NCBI GenBank assembly: GCA_964016885.1 | Contig: CAXHJY010001673.1 | Location: forward strand, 69,366 to 133,365 | Origin: Eledone cirrhosa | Taxonomy: Eukaryota | Reading direction: 5' to 3' | DNA: 64,000 nucleotides | Shown here: in pieces, positions 1 to 13,580 of the stretch | How the letters are laid out: each line of letters opens with the position of its first letter | Numbering within the stretch: the stretch's first letter is position 1 | The notes under the pieces: generated by a model | What the model was told of the DNA's origin: nothing | Database searches by the model: none | What the model saw: only the letters and a program-made list of their open reading frames with translations | Translations under genes and position numbers: made by a program

Positions 1-37
<37 letters not shown>

Positions 38-219
38 TCTATCTACACATACAAATACACAAATATGCATAGGCACAAACACATCTTTAAGCATAGAGTA
101 AAAACGCGCACACATACATCCACATCAAGAAATCAACAAACACACTCTCACACACAGAGAGGTGCATATGCATACATATACACAAACATTGAAAGATACA
201 GAATTCCAAACACACACAT

Positions 220-252
<33 letters not shown>

Positions 253-399
253 CATATACATGCATGCACACAAACATATACGCTTATACACTCACATACA
301 TGCATATAAGATGTGTGTTTAGACAAAGTACTGTTTGTACATAGTATGTATATCAGTATTGTATTTAGGTATGTATTTGGCGGCTATGTACACACGAAG

Positions 400-830
400 A
401 CATGATCGAGTATTTAAAGATTTTGCTTCACATTCATGGGGTTTCCCGTTAAATTTCCCCTCGAGGGGCATCGTGGACAATTGTCTTTTGTTGTAATATT
501 GAGTCGAGATAACATTTGTGAAAGAAACTGAAGGAAAGAATGTATCCATTTCTATTATGAGACAGGCTATGGGTTTTGCGCCTCTGGCTGAGAAACCATC
601 TGCTTGATCCTTGGAAAGTTCTTCTCTGAAACACAAGCTTGAGCAAGGTTTTATGGAAGCCCAGCTGTTGCCCATGAATGCCAATCTCCACCCTCTACGC
701 CACAAATGTTGTTCAAAGTAAAGATAAATACAGCTCAACGGCAGTGTCATTACAACCCATTCATAGATACGACTCATTTAGTTAGTTTAAGTAGACTGGA
801 GCAACTTCAAATAAAGTAAATTGCTTAGGT
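400..830 (-). mobile_element. Degenerate tRNA/CORE-type SINE, family 2
   Basis: Aligns by eye with 27332-27640 (ttcccctc..gaggg, gcaaggtt..tggaag.ccagc, actggagcaac.tcaaataaag). Confidence 0.6.
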
Positions 831-889
831 ATGGTATACACACATATATATATATGTGTGTATGCACATATATGTATGTTTGTCTGTAT

Positions 890-922
<33 letters not shown>

Positions 923-924
<2 letters not shown>

Positions 925-1350
925 AAACGTTAGAATATGTGTAATAAGGCCAAGACAATGCAGATATGGACATAGAAAAAAGAATGCAATAGTGAAAGAT
1001 ATTGATGTGAATTCGTCTTTCACCTTGAATTTATTTAAATGTCCTTAATTTTCGAGATAATATCTCTTCTTCGGAGGGAAGTAAAGGTCTCAGTCCAGCG
1101 TCTTTAAATCTCTAATATTTAGAGATTTAAAGACGCTCTGAGACCTTTACTTCCCTCCGAAGAAGAGATATTATCTCGAAAATTAAGGACATTTAAATAA
1201 ATTCAAGGTGAAAGACGAATTCACATCAATATCTTTCACTATTGCATTCTTTTTTCTATGTCCATACCTGCATTGTCTTGGCCTTATTACACATATTCTA
1301 ACGTTTTACCTCATTACACAATGCTTCAAGTGAACTATAACCTCCTCCCA
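923..1350 (+). mobile_element. Hairpin element in (TA)n (PLE pLTR-like): ~190-bp inverted arms plus 42-nt tail
   Basis: Arms 923-1115 and 1119-1308 are reverse complements apart from one substitution and a 3-nt indel. Unpaired tail 1309-1350. TA tracts on both sides. Related to 32514-32730. Confidence 0.85.
1154..1188 (+). ncRNA. Minimal type I hammerhead-like motif, U4C core variant
   Basis: CCU-CCGAAGA-A-GAGA(uauua)UCUC-GAA-AAUU-A^AGG. Stem I CCU/AGG, palindromic AAUU stem III. Mirrored on the minus strand in the left arm. Confidence 0.5.
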
Positions 1351-1396
1351 TATGTATATATATATATTTAATAATAATAGTATATATTAAATCATT

Positions 1397-1469
1397 TTTC
1401 ATTCTAATGAACGATTTCAGATGTCCGTGTCGAGCTCGTCTTCCTTCGTGAAACCTTTGGTAAATGGAA
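1397..1469 (+). ncRNA. Degenerate type I hammerhead (G5A), family C
   Basis: UUUCAUU-CUAAUGA-ACGA...UCGU-GAA-ACC(uuu)GGU-A^AAUGGAA. Downstream sequence matches 6580-6680 and 54541-54630. Confidence 0.6.
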
Positions 1470-1494
1470 TAATTGTCTTATGTTGTTTATTACA

Positions 1495-1566
<72 letters not shown>

Positions 1567-1568
<2 letters not shown>

Positions 1569-1758
1569 ACCCAGTAGAGGAAGACCACGAAAATCATGAG
1601 AGCTGATCTCAGAACGCTGAAGCTCACGGAGGAGGTGAAGAAGGACCGTAACGAACGATCGTAACGAATGGAGAGATGCTGTGCTGAATAGGGAATGTCC
1701 CACCCTTGAAAGCAGGGATAAGCAGACGTAAAATGATGATGATGATGATGATGATGAT
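1567..1758 (+). mobile_element. RTE-type LINE 3' end with (GAT)n tail
   Basis: Translates as RPSRGRPRKS...DLRTLKLTEE..KDRNEWRDAV, matching the RTE C-terminal RGRP..W / DR..W motifs, then a trinucleotide tail. Confidence 0.7.
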
Positions 1759-1780
1759 ATATATATATATATATATATAT

Positions 1781-1954
1781 CCAGTGGGTGTAACTAGGAG
1801 TTACTGCAGGTTTACCCGGGTGAGCACTCGATGTTTAGGTTCACTTCTGTGATGATGTGTAGAGCTATACAGAGTGTAAAATATAGAAAGGATAAAAAGG
1901 ACGATTGATTATTCCTTCGTTGCATTTTATTGATAGGTGACGCGCGTTTCGCCA

Positions 1955-1958
<4 letters not shown>
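1781..1958 (-). mobile_element. 5'-truncated ribozyme element in (TA)n with the 3' half of a hammerhead
   Basis: Minus strand reads GC-GAA-ACGCGCGU-C^ACC (1939-1950), then AATAAA, and a tail with GAGTGCTC (1822-1829). Homologous degenerate copy at 55960-56040. Confidence 0.6.
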
Positions 1959-2025
<67 letters not shown>

Positions 2026-2368
2026 TGGTAAACGGAATAGAAAATGCTGACAAATTGTTCACAGTTGAAAAATGGTTTAATTAGGAATAAAAGAGTATTA
2101 GTGATTGTATGGGTTAGTATTCAGTTGTGGTTTTAAGTTTTTAAGTTTTTACCGGTTGCGCATTTCTAAATGCTTTTCAAAAATAATTTTGAGATAGAGT
2201 GTCCGTGCTGTTTGCTCTGATCTGATTAGTTTTGGGAATTCTACCTGTTTTTATGTTAAAAAAGTGGCTCCAGCGTTATTTTTGTGTTGCAAAAATGCTT
2301 GTGGTCAAAACAATTTTGATTGGTCGGTAGAGGTCATGTGAATGTAAAAAGTTGATTTTGCGCCAAGA

Positions 2369-2425
<57 letters not shown>

Positions 2426-2554
2426 AAGTTTTATTTAAATTGTTGGGTTAACAACGAGTAAATATTTATAACTGATATAAAAGCACTCAACAAGTATTTG
2501 GAGTATATTTACGATATTAAATAAATGGAAACTATATTTATAAAACCATATTTA

Positions 2555-2616
2555 TTTCATTATATATATTTCAGGGATATCATATTAAAAATATGTTATG
2601 CCTTCTTCAGACAAAA
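2555..2616 (-). ncRNA. Type I hammerhead ribozyme (left arm copy)
   Basis: Reverse complement of 2713-2774. Confidence 0.7.
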
Positions 2617-2712
2617 TACAATATAAACAGTCTTATAAATAGATAGATTCGACATACCTTTCAACTTCGACTTCTATTTGAAAAGTTGATTTATAAGACT
2701 GTTTATATTGTA

Positions 2713-2774
2713 TTTTGTCTGAAGAAGGCATAACATATTTTTAATATGATATCCCTGAAATATATATAATGAAA
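2713..2774 (+). ncRNA. Type I hammerhead ribozyme
   Basis: UUUUGU-CUGAAGA-AGG...CCU-GAA-AUAUAUAU-A^AUGAAA. Intact core, stem I 6 bp with two GU pairs, palindromic stem III. Confidence 0.7.
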
Positions 2775-2816
2775 TAAATATGGTTTTATAAATATAGTTT
2801 CCATTTATTTAATATC

Positions 2817-2892
<76 letters not shown>

Positions 2893-4389
2893 CATGTGAA
2901 GTGAATTGAACGATTTCATGGTGTTTTCGAATGGCTTAGATGAATCTTCTTGATACAATTCCTATAGTTTCAATACACAATCTATGATCAAGTCACTTGC
3001 TTGAGAAATATATCTGAAATTTCTTAAAATGGTCTGTCCACTAATAAGTCAATAATTATGACAACATACTCTCCTCTTCGTTGATATATCTGACTTAGTA
3101 TAAAATTGTCTACGGCCATAGACCAATCTCTCTCTCTGTGTCTCTCTCTCTCTCTGTCTCTCTCTCTGTCTCTCTCTGTCTCTCTCTCTCTCTCCCTCTC
3201 TCTATCTCTCCCTCTCCCTCTCCCTCTCTCTCTCCTCTCCTCTCCAATCTCTCTTTCCTCTGACGGTTTCTCTCCTCTCTTTCCTTCCGTCTATCTATCT
3301 GTCGCTTTCTCTCTTTCTCTCCTGCTCTGTCTGCATGCCTCCCTATCTGTCTCTCCGATCTCTCTTTCCCTATCTCCCCCTCTCTCCCTCTCTCTCCCTA
3401 TCTCCCCTCTCTCCCTCTCCCTCCCTTCTATTCAACTTGAATCAATGTCAAGTCTTTAATAGTCTGGTGTAGACTCAGTAGCGATATTTCTTTTCCTAAA
3501 CACCGCACTAGACTGTACAGTAATGACGGAAAATCCTTTCTGCGGCTGTCAACATATGTCCTTAATAATTTACGTTATTCGGAAGGTCTAGTTTAAAGCT
3601 GCACCATTGAAATATATAGCAAGAACAAGTACAATCTGACGAGGGTTTAATTTGAAGGTTATCAATAAAGGGAGATAAGAATGTTGTTGGGTTGTCAATG
3701 TAATTTGGAGCATGTTTATTCCCTAACGAATAGAAAAGAATTAATAGATTCTCACATCATCACCAGCATTAGACTTAAATGTTGCTAATTAAATGACGTG
3801 TCAGTGTGTAATCAATAAACTAGCCACACAATATATCGACTGCCATATACAACATACACACTGTATCACATAATATAACTACGCTCACCATCATACAATA
3901 ACACAGTATTATTCACAATATCACACATACACACTATATCACATATTTCAATTCGCCACCATATAACAACACACTATTCAATTTCTATTAGTGAAAACTT
4001 TGATTTATCTCCTTCTATAATTTCTATCATTCGTTCGGTCTCGTGACGCTAATTTTTGTGACTGCGCTATTATCATACGTGCCTACTATCACCGAACTCA
4101 CCAATGCTTCTAAACACATATTCAAGTCTCCTTTATTAGTATTAGTATTATTAGTTCTAACACCAGACTTACAACCTCAAATCAAAACACTTTCGTTGCA
4201 ATCATAAAACACTGCATTATTTAAAGTTGTGATAATCAATGACTTTTAATATGTACTCAAACATATTACATTACTAAATAAGATATTCATAAAGGATACT
4301 CACTAAGTCACTTCCTCTCAACGTAGTATGATGTTGTTGCTGAAGCAATATACAATACTACCTGTAGGAAAGAATGCATGCATGGTCTC

Positions 4390-4505
4390 GTAACCTTTGA
4401 GGGAGTCTTAGGGACACTCTGTAGACATTCGGCATTACTAGGGCATATTTACTTAAACCTGGTGGAGCCCATCTTCTTTACAGGTCTGAATACAACAGAT
4501 TTCTC

Positions 4506-4580
<75 letters not shown>
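4390..4580 (+). mobile_element. Unclassified interspersed repeat (retroposon-like 3' end followed by (GA)n)
   Basis: aaacctggtggagcccatc..caggtctgaatacaacagatttc is shared with minus-strand copies at 14510-14630 and 21960-22040. Confidence 0.55.
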
Positions 4581-4582
<2 letters not shown>

Positions 4583-4907
4583 TTGAGAAAATTATATTGC
4601 AGAAAGAATCGATCCCAGTACTTGGCTGATATTTTTTTTTTATCGACTTCGAAAGGATGAAAGGTAAAGTTGACCTCGTTCTAACGACTCTGTCAATTCG
4701 CTACCTGTAGGAAAGAATGTACTGGTATAAATACAGAAAAGATATTATTTTTTTGATTTAAGATAAGCTCCAGTTTCCACAGCTTGTATGGGATTCTCTG
4801 TTTAAGCAACTTTACATCATTCATGGTCAAAATTCAGTTTTTACCTTCTTTAAATTGCAGCAATTTGTGCCTAATGAAATTTAACCATTATTATAATTAC
4901 AATTAGT

Positions 4908-5108
4908 TAAGGCGGCGGAGTGGCAGAATTGATAGGGTATTGGACAAAATGCTTTGCAGTTACGATTTAGACTTTAAATCCCACCGAGGGTAACTTAGCT
5001 TTATATCCTTTCACTGTCAATAAAATACCCCTAGTGAAGAACTTGGTCGATAAAATCAACTTTCCCATTCCCTGCAAATTGCTAACTGTGTGCCTAAATT
5101 AGAAATTA
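4908..5108 (+). mobile_element. tRNA-derived SINE, family 1 (old copy)
   Basis: ggcggcggagtggcagaatt head, aaatcccaccgagg..aact core, tgtgcctaaattagaaa end. Confidence 0.7.
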
Positions 5109-5139
5109 CAATTAATTGATTTGTTAATGAATATATCAC

Positions 5140-5455
5140 TGCTGAAAGCAATGAGTAATAATTTATAAATATGAGACTTTCAAGTCCCGCCATTAAAAAA
5201 AGGAAATAATTCTGATTTCAATTTTCTGCGCAGATTTGTCTGCGATAAAAACCAGTATATAAGTATTTATAGGCCAATATTCTAATTATAATTGATTTCT
5301 TAATAAATATGTTTCTGCTATAAGCAATGAGTAATAATACATAAATATAAGACTTACAAGTCCCTACATCTGTGTTTAAAAAATCTTCTGCCTTCAATTT
5401 CCTGCAGAGATTTGTCTGCGATAAAAAACAACAGTATATAAGTATTTATAGGCCA
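5140..5455. repeat. Diverged tandem duplication, ~176-bp period
   Basis: aagcaatgagtaataat...agatttgtctgcgataaaaa...cagtatataagtatttataggcca occurs twice. Confidence 0.8.
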
Positions 5456-6395
5456 GCAGCCTAAACAGAAAAAAAATTATTCTTTGAAATAAAAATGTGT
5501 CAGACACTTCAATATCTAAGTCCCATTTCTTTCTCGTGTTTTCTTTTCTTTTCTATTGCAAGAAATATATAAATTCTAAGATCTTGTTTGAAAATCATTT
5601 CTAACAGAAACATATATTTTATCTCATAAACTTAATCTGTTTAAAAGAACTTGTTTTAAACAAATGGCAATTGTCTGCGAGAGAGAAATAACTTGCTTTA
5701 AGCATCGATGGTGTTTAATGTCCGAAATTAATTGGTTCTATCGATCTATCTATCAGTAATGATCTTTGAGATATTGGGCTAAGAAATTTGAAGAAAGGAA
5801 TAAGAAAGAAGAAAAGAACAAAAACAGATTCTCTTCTGATAACATTTTTACTTTAGCTGAACTTAAAAGAAAAAAACAAACAAAATAGTACAAAACAAAA
5901 TAATATTCAACAGGAAAAGCAATAAAACGAAATGAAGAAAAAAACAAAAAACAACATGGTGTCTTCAGTGGAATGGATATGCATTATTAAAAGGTTTGAT
6001 CCTGGATGATTTCACAGGCTAAAAGTGGTTGATAATTTTTTTTTTAAAGATATCATCATAGATAAGAGAATTCTTTGGATAGGAGGAGGATAAATGAACG
6101 CTATCTCAACCTAAATATAGAAAAGCATTAACTTACGAAACAGATCTCTTAAACTGTAGCGATGATGATGATGATGGCGATGATGATGATGATTGTTTCT
6201 ATATTTGGCACAACGCCATCAATAGCAATTCGAAGGGAAGGAGAAAGACGATCAAATCAACCTCGGTGTGTTATGGTAAAGTATTGGTTCGTCTCTGTAA
6301 GAAAATAAAGTACCAGTAAACTAAACTCTACAAGGACTCAAACTGTGAAGATGTTCATATCCTTATATTAAATATATTTTATATGTTCACATACA

Positions 6396-6425
<30 letters not shown>

Positions 6426-6428
<3 letters not shown>

Positions 6429-6570
6429 CGAAGGAAATGTGGTAAGGAACCAGATGGACCATAACGCACCAAAGTACTCAATACTTAGGGTAGTAGAGTG
6501 GGTAATAGGAACGAGTAGGACCCCGTCGAAACGGCTTGATCTCAGCCGTCGGTGTCCTACTCGTTCCTAT
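6426..6570 (-). mobile_element. Family A (TA)n-targeted hairpin/tail element
   Basis: Tail taacgaaggaaatgtggtaaggaaccag...gagtgggtaa plus hairpin ataggaacgagtagga...tcctactcgttcctat. One of ~16 copies in the window. Confidence 0.85.
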
Positions 6571-6619
6571 ATATATATATATATATTATTATTATGTAAT
6601 AAACAACATAAGGCAATTA

Positions 6620-6679
6620 TTCCATTTACCAGTGGTTTCTTAAAAGCAAAAGGTTTTGCTTTCAATCCTCAGAACGGAA
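6620..6679 (-). ncRNA. Type I hammerhead ribozyme, family C
   Basis: UUCCGUU-CUGAGGA-UUGAAAGCAAA(accu)UUUGCUUUUAA-GAA-ACC(acu)GGU-A^AAUGGAA. Stem I 7 bp, stem II 11 bp, GUA cleavage triplet. Confidence 0.85.
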
Positions 6680-6817
6680 AAATCCTGGTTTGTTTATTGA
6701 ATTTGGATTACAAAAAAAAAAAAAAAAAGACATATATATATATATATATAAATATACACACACACATATATATATACATATATATAATATGTATATGTGT
6801 GTATACACACACACACT

Positions 6818-6883
<66 letters not shown>

Positions 6884-7024
6884 TATATATACATATATAT
6901 ATATATATATGAGTGGTTAGAGAATTGGATTCGTGATAGGAAAAAGTAAAGGAAATATTGTTTCCTCGGTCCGATTTGACGAAAGTCGATCGACTGTCGA
7001 TATATATATATACATGAATACATA

Positions 7025-7128
<104 letters not shown>

Positions 7129-7134
7129 TATATA

Positions 7135-7172
<38 letters not shown>

Positions 7173-7668
7173 CATTTACGTTGCAAATGGCAAAAGTCTT
7201 GCTGGGAGTCTATTCTCTTTTATTACCTGCTGTGTAGAAAACGTCGCATTTTCTTATTTTTTCTTAATATTTAATTGAATTTCGTTTAAGCAACAATGTT
7301 TGCTCTCATAATATTTGTAGACAGTAATGTTTCAAAATACTTGTATCTCATCAGTACAAGGTAATTAGTTGTACTCTGATTAAATTACATTTGGTAAAAG
7401 TTGAAAAACGAAAACGTGGGAATTAATAGATAGCAATAGATAGAAATATTTGATAGCAATATTTGATAACAGTATTTGATATAAAATATTTGATAAAAAT
7501 CAATACGGATCTTAGTTCATTTCAAATCAGGTATAGACGAAGGTAAATTTAAACTGACAGAGATTTTATTGATATTTAAAAAATAATTACTATATATCTT
7601 CTTCTTCGACTGATATTAATTGTATTTTTCAGTATTATTGAATATCATGTAGGGTCTCATTCCACCAG

Positions 7669-7744
<76 letters not shown>

Positions 7745-7787
7745 GCTCTTTCTCTCGCTCTCTCTCTTTCTCTCTCTCTCTCTCTCG

Positions 7788-7818
<31 letters not shown>

Positions 7819-8378
7819 TGTATATATATATATATATTGTAGGTTTTCTGCTAGCATGTGTAGTGTGTATATTGATATTATACGCAAATATATATGCATT
7901 TAGATATGATACGCCAAATAAAATCGTAATTGACAATATGCACAGAAATTGAACGAAGTCTATGTTACACTGTCTTCTGTAATCAGTAAAGTAATCCATG
8001 ATACATTAAAAAAAGACAATATTATATATAAATAGCATATATGATAAACTAAAATGTTATGAAAATGAATAAATATGAAATTAGCGACGGAAATATAAAT
8101 CTTATATAACGATACAAATATATAAACGTTTATGTAAGCGATGAGTGTTATGATATAACGGACGCTAACCGGAAGTGTTGACATTTGAAAATTTTAAAGA
8201 AGTGAATGTTAAAATAAGTAATACTTTATATATAAGAATATTTATGTTTAATGAAGAGCTACGAAATTTAGTAAATAAATTAAATATTATTCATTAATTA
8301 TTTATTCAAAGTAATCCAACTTATTTTACTAATGGGATAAAAAATTATAAACCGGACGCAGTCCCGCACTCCTCCATT

Positions 8379-8464
<86 letters not shown>

Positions 8465-9157
8465 CTGTTTTCCTACTAACTAAAGCATGAAACTAACATA
8501 ATTCTTGTGACGTTTGTTCACCTTTTGCATACACTCCCACGCCCACACATATATATGATTAATAGAGTTATATATGAAGGCATGTATACTTATGTATACT
8601 TATACACACACACAATCATACACACACATGTATATATGTATAGGCTTTGCACTCTGTGGTTTAATACAGTGCATGTGTACCAATGCTACATATATAAGGA
8701 ATGAGAGGAGGAATGGAAGAAAAAATAAGAACGAAATGATGACAAAACAAATCTGGGTGAGTCTAAATATTTAAACGTTCAAATCCACATTCCAGCCCAC
8801 ACCCTCCTCGTCAGGAATTACGTGTATATTGACAATCCTTGAAATTTTTTAAAATAGTAAAAGAGATTTAAAAAAAAAAAACAGAAAAAAAAACGACAAA
8901 ACAAACCGAAACAACTAAGGTCATTTAAGTACAAAATGATTTTTTTTTCAAAACTTAATCACTTCCTAAGTAACGGGATTTTGATGTGCTTCATAATTCT
9001 ATGTGAGGTAGAATAAAGGCTTTGTGAAAATGACAACAGGTCATGAGTAGTGGTGAGGTCATTACATAGCTTCCTGGCTTAACGTTTGATCTGTCGAATC
9101 ATCAATAGATAGCTGGAAAAGGTCGCTATCTTTCCGTTTTGACACACCACACACACA

Positions 9158-9220
<63 letters not shown>

Positions 9221-9363
9221 ATATATATGTATATATATATGAATATATATGTATATATATGTATATATATATATATATTTATATACATACCTACATACAT
9301 ATATGTATGTTATATATACCTACATACATATATGTATGTATATATATATATATACATACCTAC

Positions 9364-9394
<31 letters not shown>

Positions 9395-9459
9395 CATATA
9401 TATATGTATGTATATATACATACCTACATATATATATATGTATATATATACATATACCT

Positions 9460-9517
<58 letters not shown>

Positions 9518-9819
9518 CATAGATAGCTTGTCGAATTATGTAAATATGTGAAATCTGAATCTAATTCGTTTAATCTGGTATTCAGTCGCTCTAATCATTT
9601 GCTAATATTTAAATATAAAAAAAGTACAAAAAATAAAGAAAAAAGAAAAACAATACAAAACCGAAAAGCCGATATATCTCAAAACAGAAACGGATACATG
9701 TACTAAACACAAACACACATATATACCTATATTGGAAACCACACACATACACACACACATACATACATACATACATACATACATACATACACACATATAT
9801 ATATATATATATATATATT

Positions 9820-10001
9820 TAATATAGAAAAGGCTTCTACGGGACTAGAACTGTTTCATTCGGGAGAAATCGTCACGATTTCTCCTGAATGAAACAGTTC
9901 GAGTCCTGTAGGAGCCATTTCTATATTACATATTTATATTCTGTTTTGTATTGAGTACCTTACTTACTGTGGTTACCCCCGATTGAACACGGGATAAACT
10001 T
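9820..10001 (+). mobile_element. Family B hairpin/tail element with truncated hammerhead
   Basis: Arms 9820-9873 and 9875-9928. The axis lies inside the (C)UGACGA core. GAAACAG-uucgaguc-CUGUA. Tail 9929-10001 carries GAGTACC. Confidence 0.85.
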
Positions 10002-10014
10002 ATATATATATATA

Positions 10015-10390
10015 GTGACGAAACATAAGTCAATTGTATGAACTCATAATCCTTTATTTACCGCTATATATATTTCGTTGATAGCCATTATATGGCTATG
10101 ACCTCATCAGGCAGTCAGTAAGTTCTTAGATACGCCAGTTCTGGGTTTTTGGTGTTGATGGTTTTAGAACCTTGGGACATATGAGGTTGTTAGGGATAAT
10201 TTAATGTTGTCAACAGGAATAGTCTTAATTCTCATTGGTCAGTTTGTAGATGCTAGTAGGATTGGTATTTGACTTCAAAGAGATCTGTGGTGTTGTAAAG
10301 TTCAAACCCTCAGCCAAGATGACAATAGTTCCATATGACTGATTTTCACAAAAAGCATTCTTGGTCAGATATATATTCAATTGAGGTTTA
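10015..10390 (-). mobile_element. PLE-like 3' fragment between (TA)n tracts
   Basis: Minus strand begins with a KPQLN reading (10389-10375), resembling the C-terminal P.LN motif of PLE GIY-YIG domains, and carries an intact hammerhead downstream. Confidence 0.6.
10060..10115 (-). ncRNA. Type I hammerhead ribozyme
   Basis: ACUGC-CUGAUGA-G(guc)AUAGCCAU(aua)AUGGCUAU(caa)C-GAA-AUAUAUAU-A^GCGGU. Stem I 5 bp, canonical core with G10.1-C11.1. Confidence 0.85.
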
Positions 10391-10821
10391 TATATATATA
10401 TGTGTGAGTGTGTGCCTGTGTGTAGTAAAAGGTTATTTCCCGACAGCTGATCTCACGGCGTTCCACAAGCATTTTACTATACGTATATCCTACTTTCCCA
10501 AGTATTGAGTACTTAGCTGAACCTTGTGAAGAAATCTTGTGAAGAAATCGCAAAGGCAGATTTGATCCTGAATCTTGGCTCTCTGACTATATCTACTTCG
10601 GACGTTTGTGATCACCATTCTTGTGTCACCTCTGTTCCTGATGCTGTGGTTTCATTAGCCGGAATCGGTGAAACATGTCATCTGGTCCGCTCATATATGG
10701 CGCTCCCTGTTGGAATCTTAACTGGCTGACAATATCTGCATCGGACATCTGTAATCACCGTATATTGACGGCCCCTAGTTAGAACCGGTGAACATGTTAT
10801 CAGCCATTGGACAGCCCTTTA

Positions 10822-10970
10822 CGTTCTGAGTTTAAATCCCGCCGAGGTTAGCTTTGAATTTCATCCTTACGAGGTCGATAAAATAAAGTACCAGTGATAC
10901 ACCGGGGTTGATTTAATCGAATTTTTCCCCCTCACCGAAAATTGCTGGACTGGTACCTATAGTAGAACTC
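10822..10970 (+). mobile_element. SINE family 1
   Basis: ctgagtttaaatcccgccgaggttagctttg..tttcatccttacgaggtcgataaaataaagtaccag. Confidence 0.85.
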
Positions 10971-11332
10971 ATTAACTGCCAGACAATATCTTGGGCGACC
11001 TTTAGTTATGATGGTGTGGATACACTGGTTGAAACCGGTATATATGTTACGTACCACTGGAATATCAACTGTCTGGCAATATTTCCGTCTGATGTCTTTG
11101 CTCACCTTAATGGTGATTCATTGATCTGCTCCGGCTCAACCCATCCTGAGTAAAAGTAAAGCCCGACACAAGACAACAATACAATACATGATATGAGTAT
11201 AGTTGACATTACCAGAACTCGCAGCTATTTTGTGTTGTATTTTAATGAATGCCATCTGTAATGTATCGTCGACATTTTGCCCGATACCAGAAATCCGATC
11301 GGTGAGATGCAAGACTGTACAGATAAAACTGA

Positions 11333-11597
11333 ATTGGAAAAAAGACAAACAAACAAACAAACAAACAAACAAATAATCAAATAAAAAACGGGGAAATGAT
11401 AACGAGTACTTGGCGAAAGCATTAAATAAAATACACCCTCTTTCTCTCTCTCTTTATATATATATATATATATACAAAGAGAGAGAGAAAGAGGGTGTAT
11501 TTTATTTAATGCTTTCGCCAAGTCCTCGTTATCATTTCCCCGTTTTTTATTTGATTATTTGTTTGTTTGTTTGTTTGTTTGTCTTTTTTGTCTTTTT

Positions 11598-11603
<6 letters not shown>
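11333..11603. repeat. Inverted duplication (~125-bp arms) centred on a (TA)n tract
   Basis: 11333-11455 is the reverse complement of 11475-11603, with 1-2 substitutions and a 9-bp local duplication. Confidence 0.9.
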
Positions 11604-12721
<1,118 letters not shown>

Positions 12722-12865
12722 CGAAGAGGCAACATTTCTAGTTTAGCGTTGTTTTTATGTTAAGCTGTGAGAATTACGATAGATGCTGGCCTTTCACAGA
12801 AAACATCTTGAAATAACCTCTGACACCATATTTTAGGCAGTTAACTTATGTACGTTTAAAAGTAC

Positions 12866-13580
12866 ACACACACGTAATCATCTAACGTTACAAACACATA
12901 CATATACATACATATTTCCACACATTAACACATACATCCATCCACACAAGCGCCACACACACATAATCTCTTTTGCACACACTTGGATTTCCTCATACAC
13001 ATACACACAGTGACACACATATAGACACCCGTAAACACACACAGGCACGTAGACACATATACACATAGACATATGCATACACGTAGATGCACGCCCACTC
13101 ATAGTCGCACACACCCATAGATGAATACACACACACATACACACACTCTTCCTCTCTTCCCCACAAACATACACACATACAAGCATAAGGACAAAGATAC
13201 ACACAGGCTTATGGTTACACACCATCAACCCATCATCACACACATACACACATGCATATATAGAAACATCCACCCACAAGGACACACGCACACACATACT
13301 CACATATACTCTCTGTCTCCCTCCCCCCCACACACACAGATACACACATACACACACACCCATCAACTCATCATCCCACACAGAGACTCATACACATATA
13401 GAAACATACACCGACAAAGACACACACACACACACCTATACATACACACACACACGCACACGCACACACACGCACACACACTCACATATGCTCTCTGTAT
13501 CCTCCCCACACACACAGATACACACACACATACACACATACATAGACATACACACATACACAGATGTACATACACAACAT
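12866..13580. repeat. Degenerate (CA)n-rich low-complexity region
   Basis: CA/CATA-rich sequence that gives spurious HT/VC ORFs. Confidence 0.85.

Larger units (their letters stand above)
2423..2819 (-). mobile_element. Hairpin element in (TA)n: 131-bp inverted arms plus ~87-nt tail
   Basis: Arms 2510-2640 and 2689-2819 are reverse complements, 48-nt spacer, unpaired tail 2423-2509. Long TA tracts on both sides. Confidence 0.9.

Noticed and set aside
923-1308. Hairpins as classical MITEs or pre-miRNAs
   Set aside because: One-sided tails, variable axes and outward-facing ribozyme motifs fit retrotransposition. The arms are too long and too perfect for typical pre-miRNAs.
8240-8280. Hammerhead-like ttaatga...gaaa...ta, and similar remnants at 35843, 39580, 47145 and 54760
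   Set aside because: Two or more core defects each. Cannot be told from chance without family alignments.
10565-11125. Reflectin-like gene suggested by the RYC motifs
   Set aside because: No Met/Asp-rich MDMxxYxMD motif in any frame.
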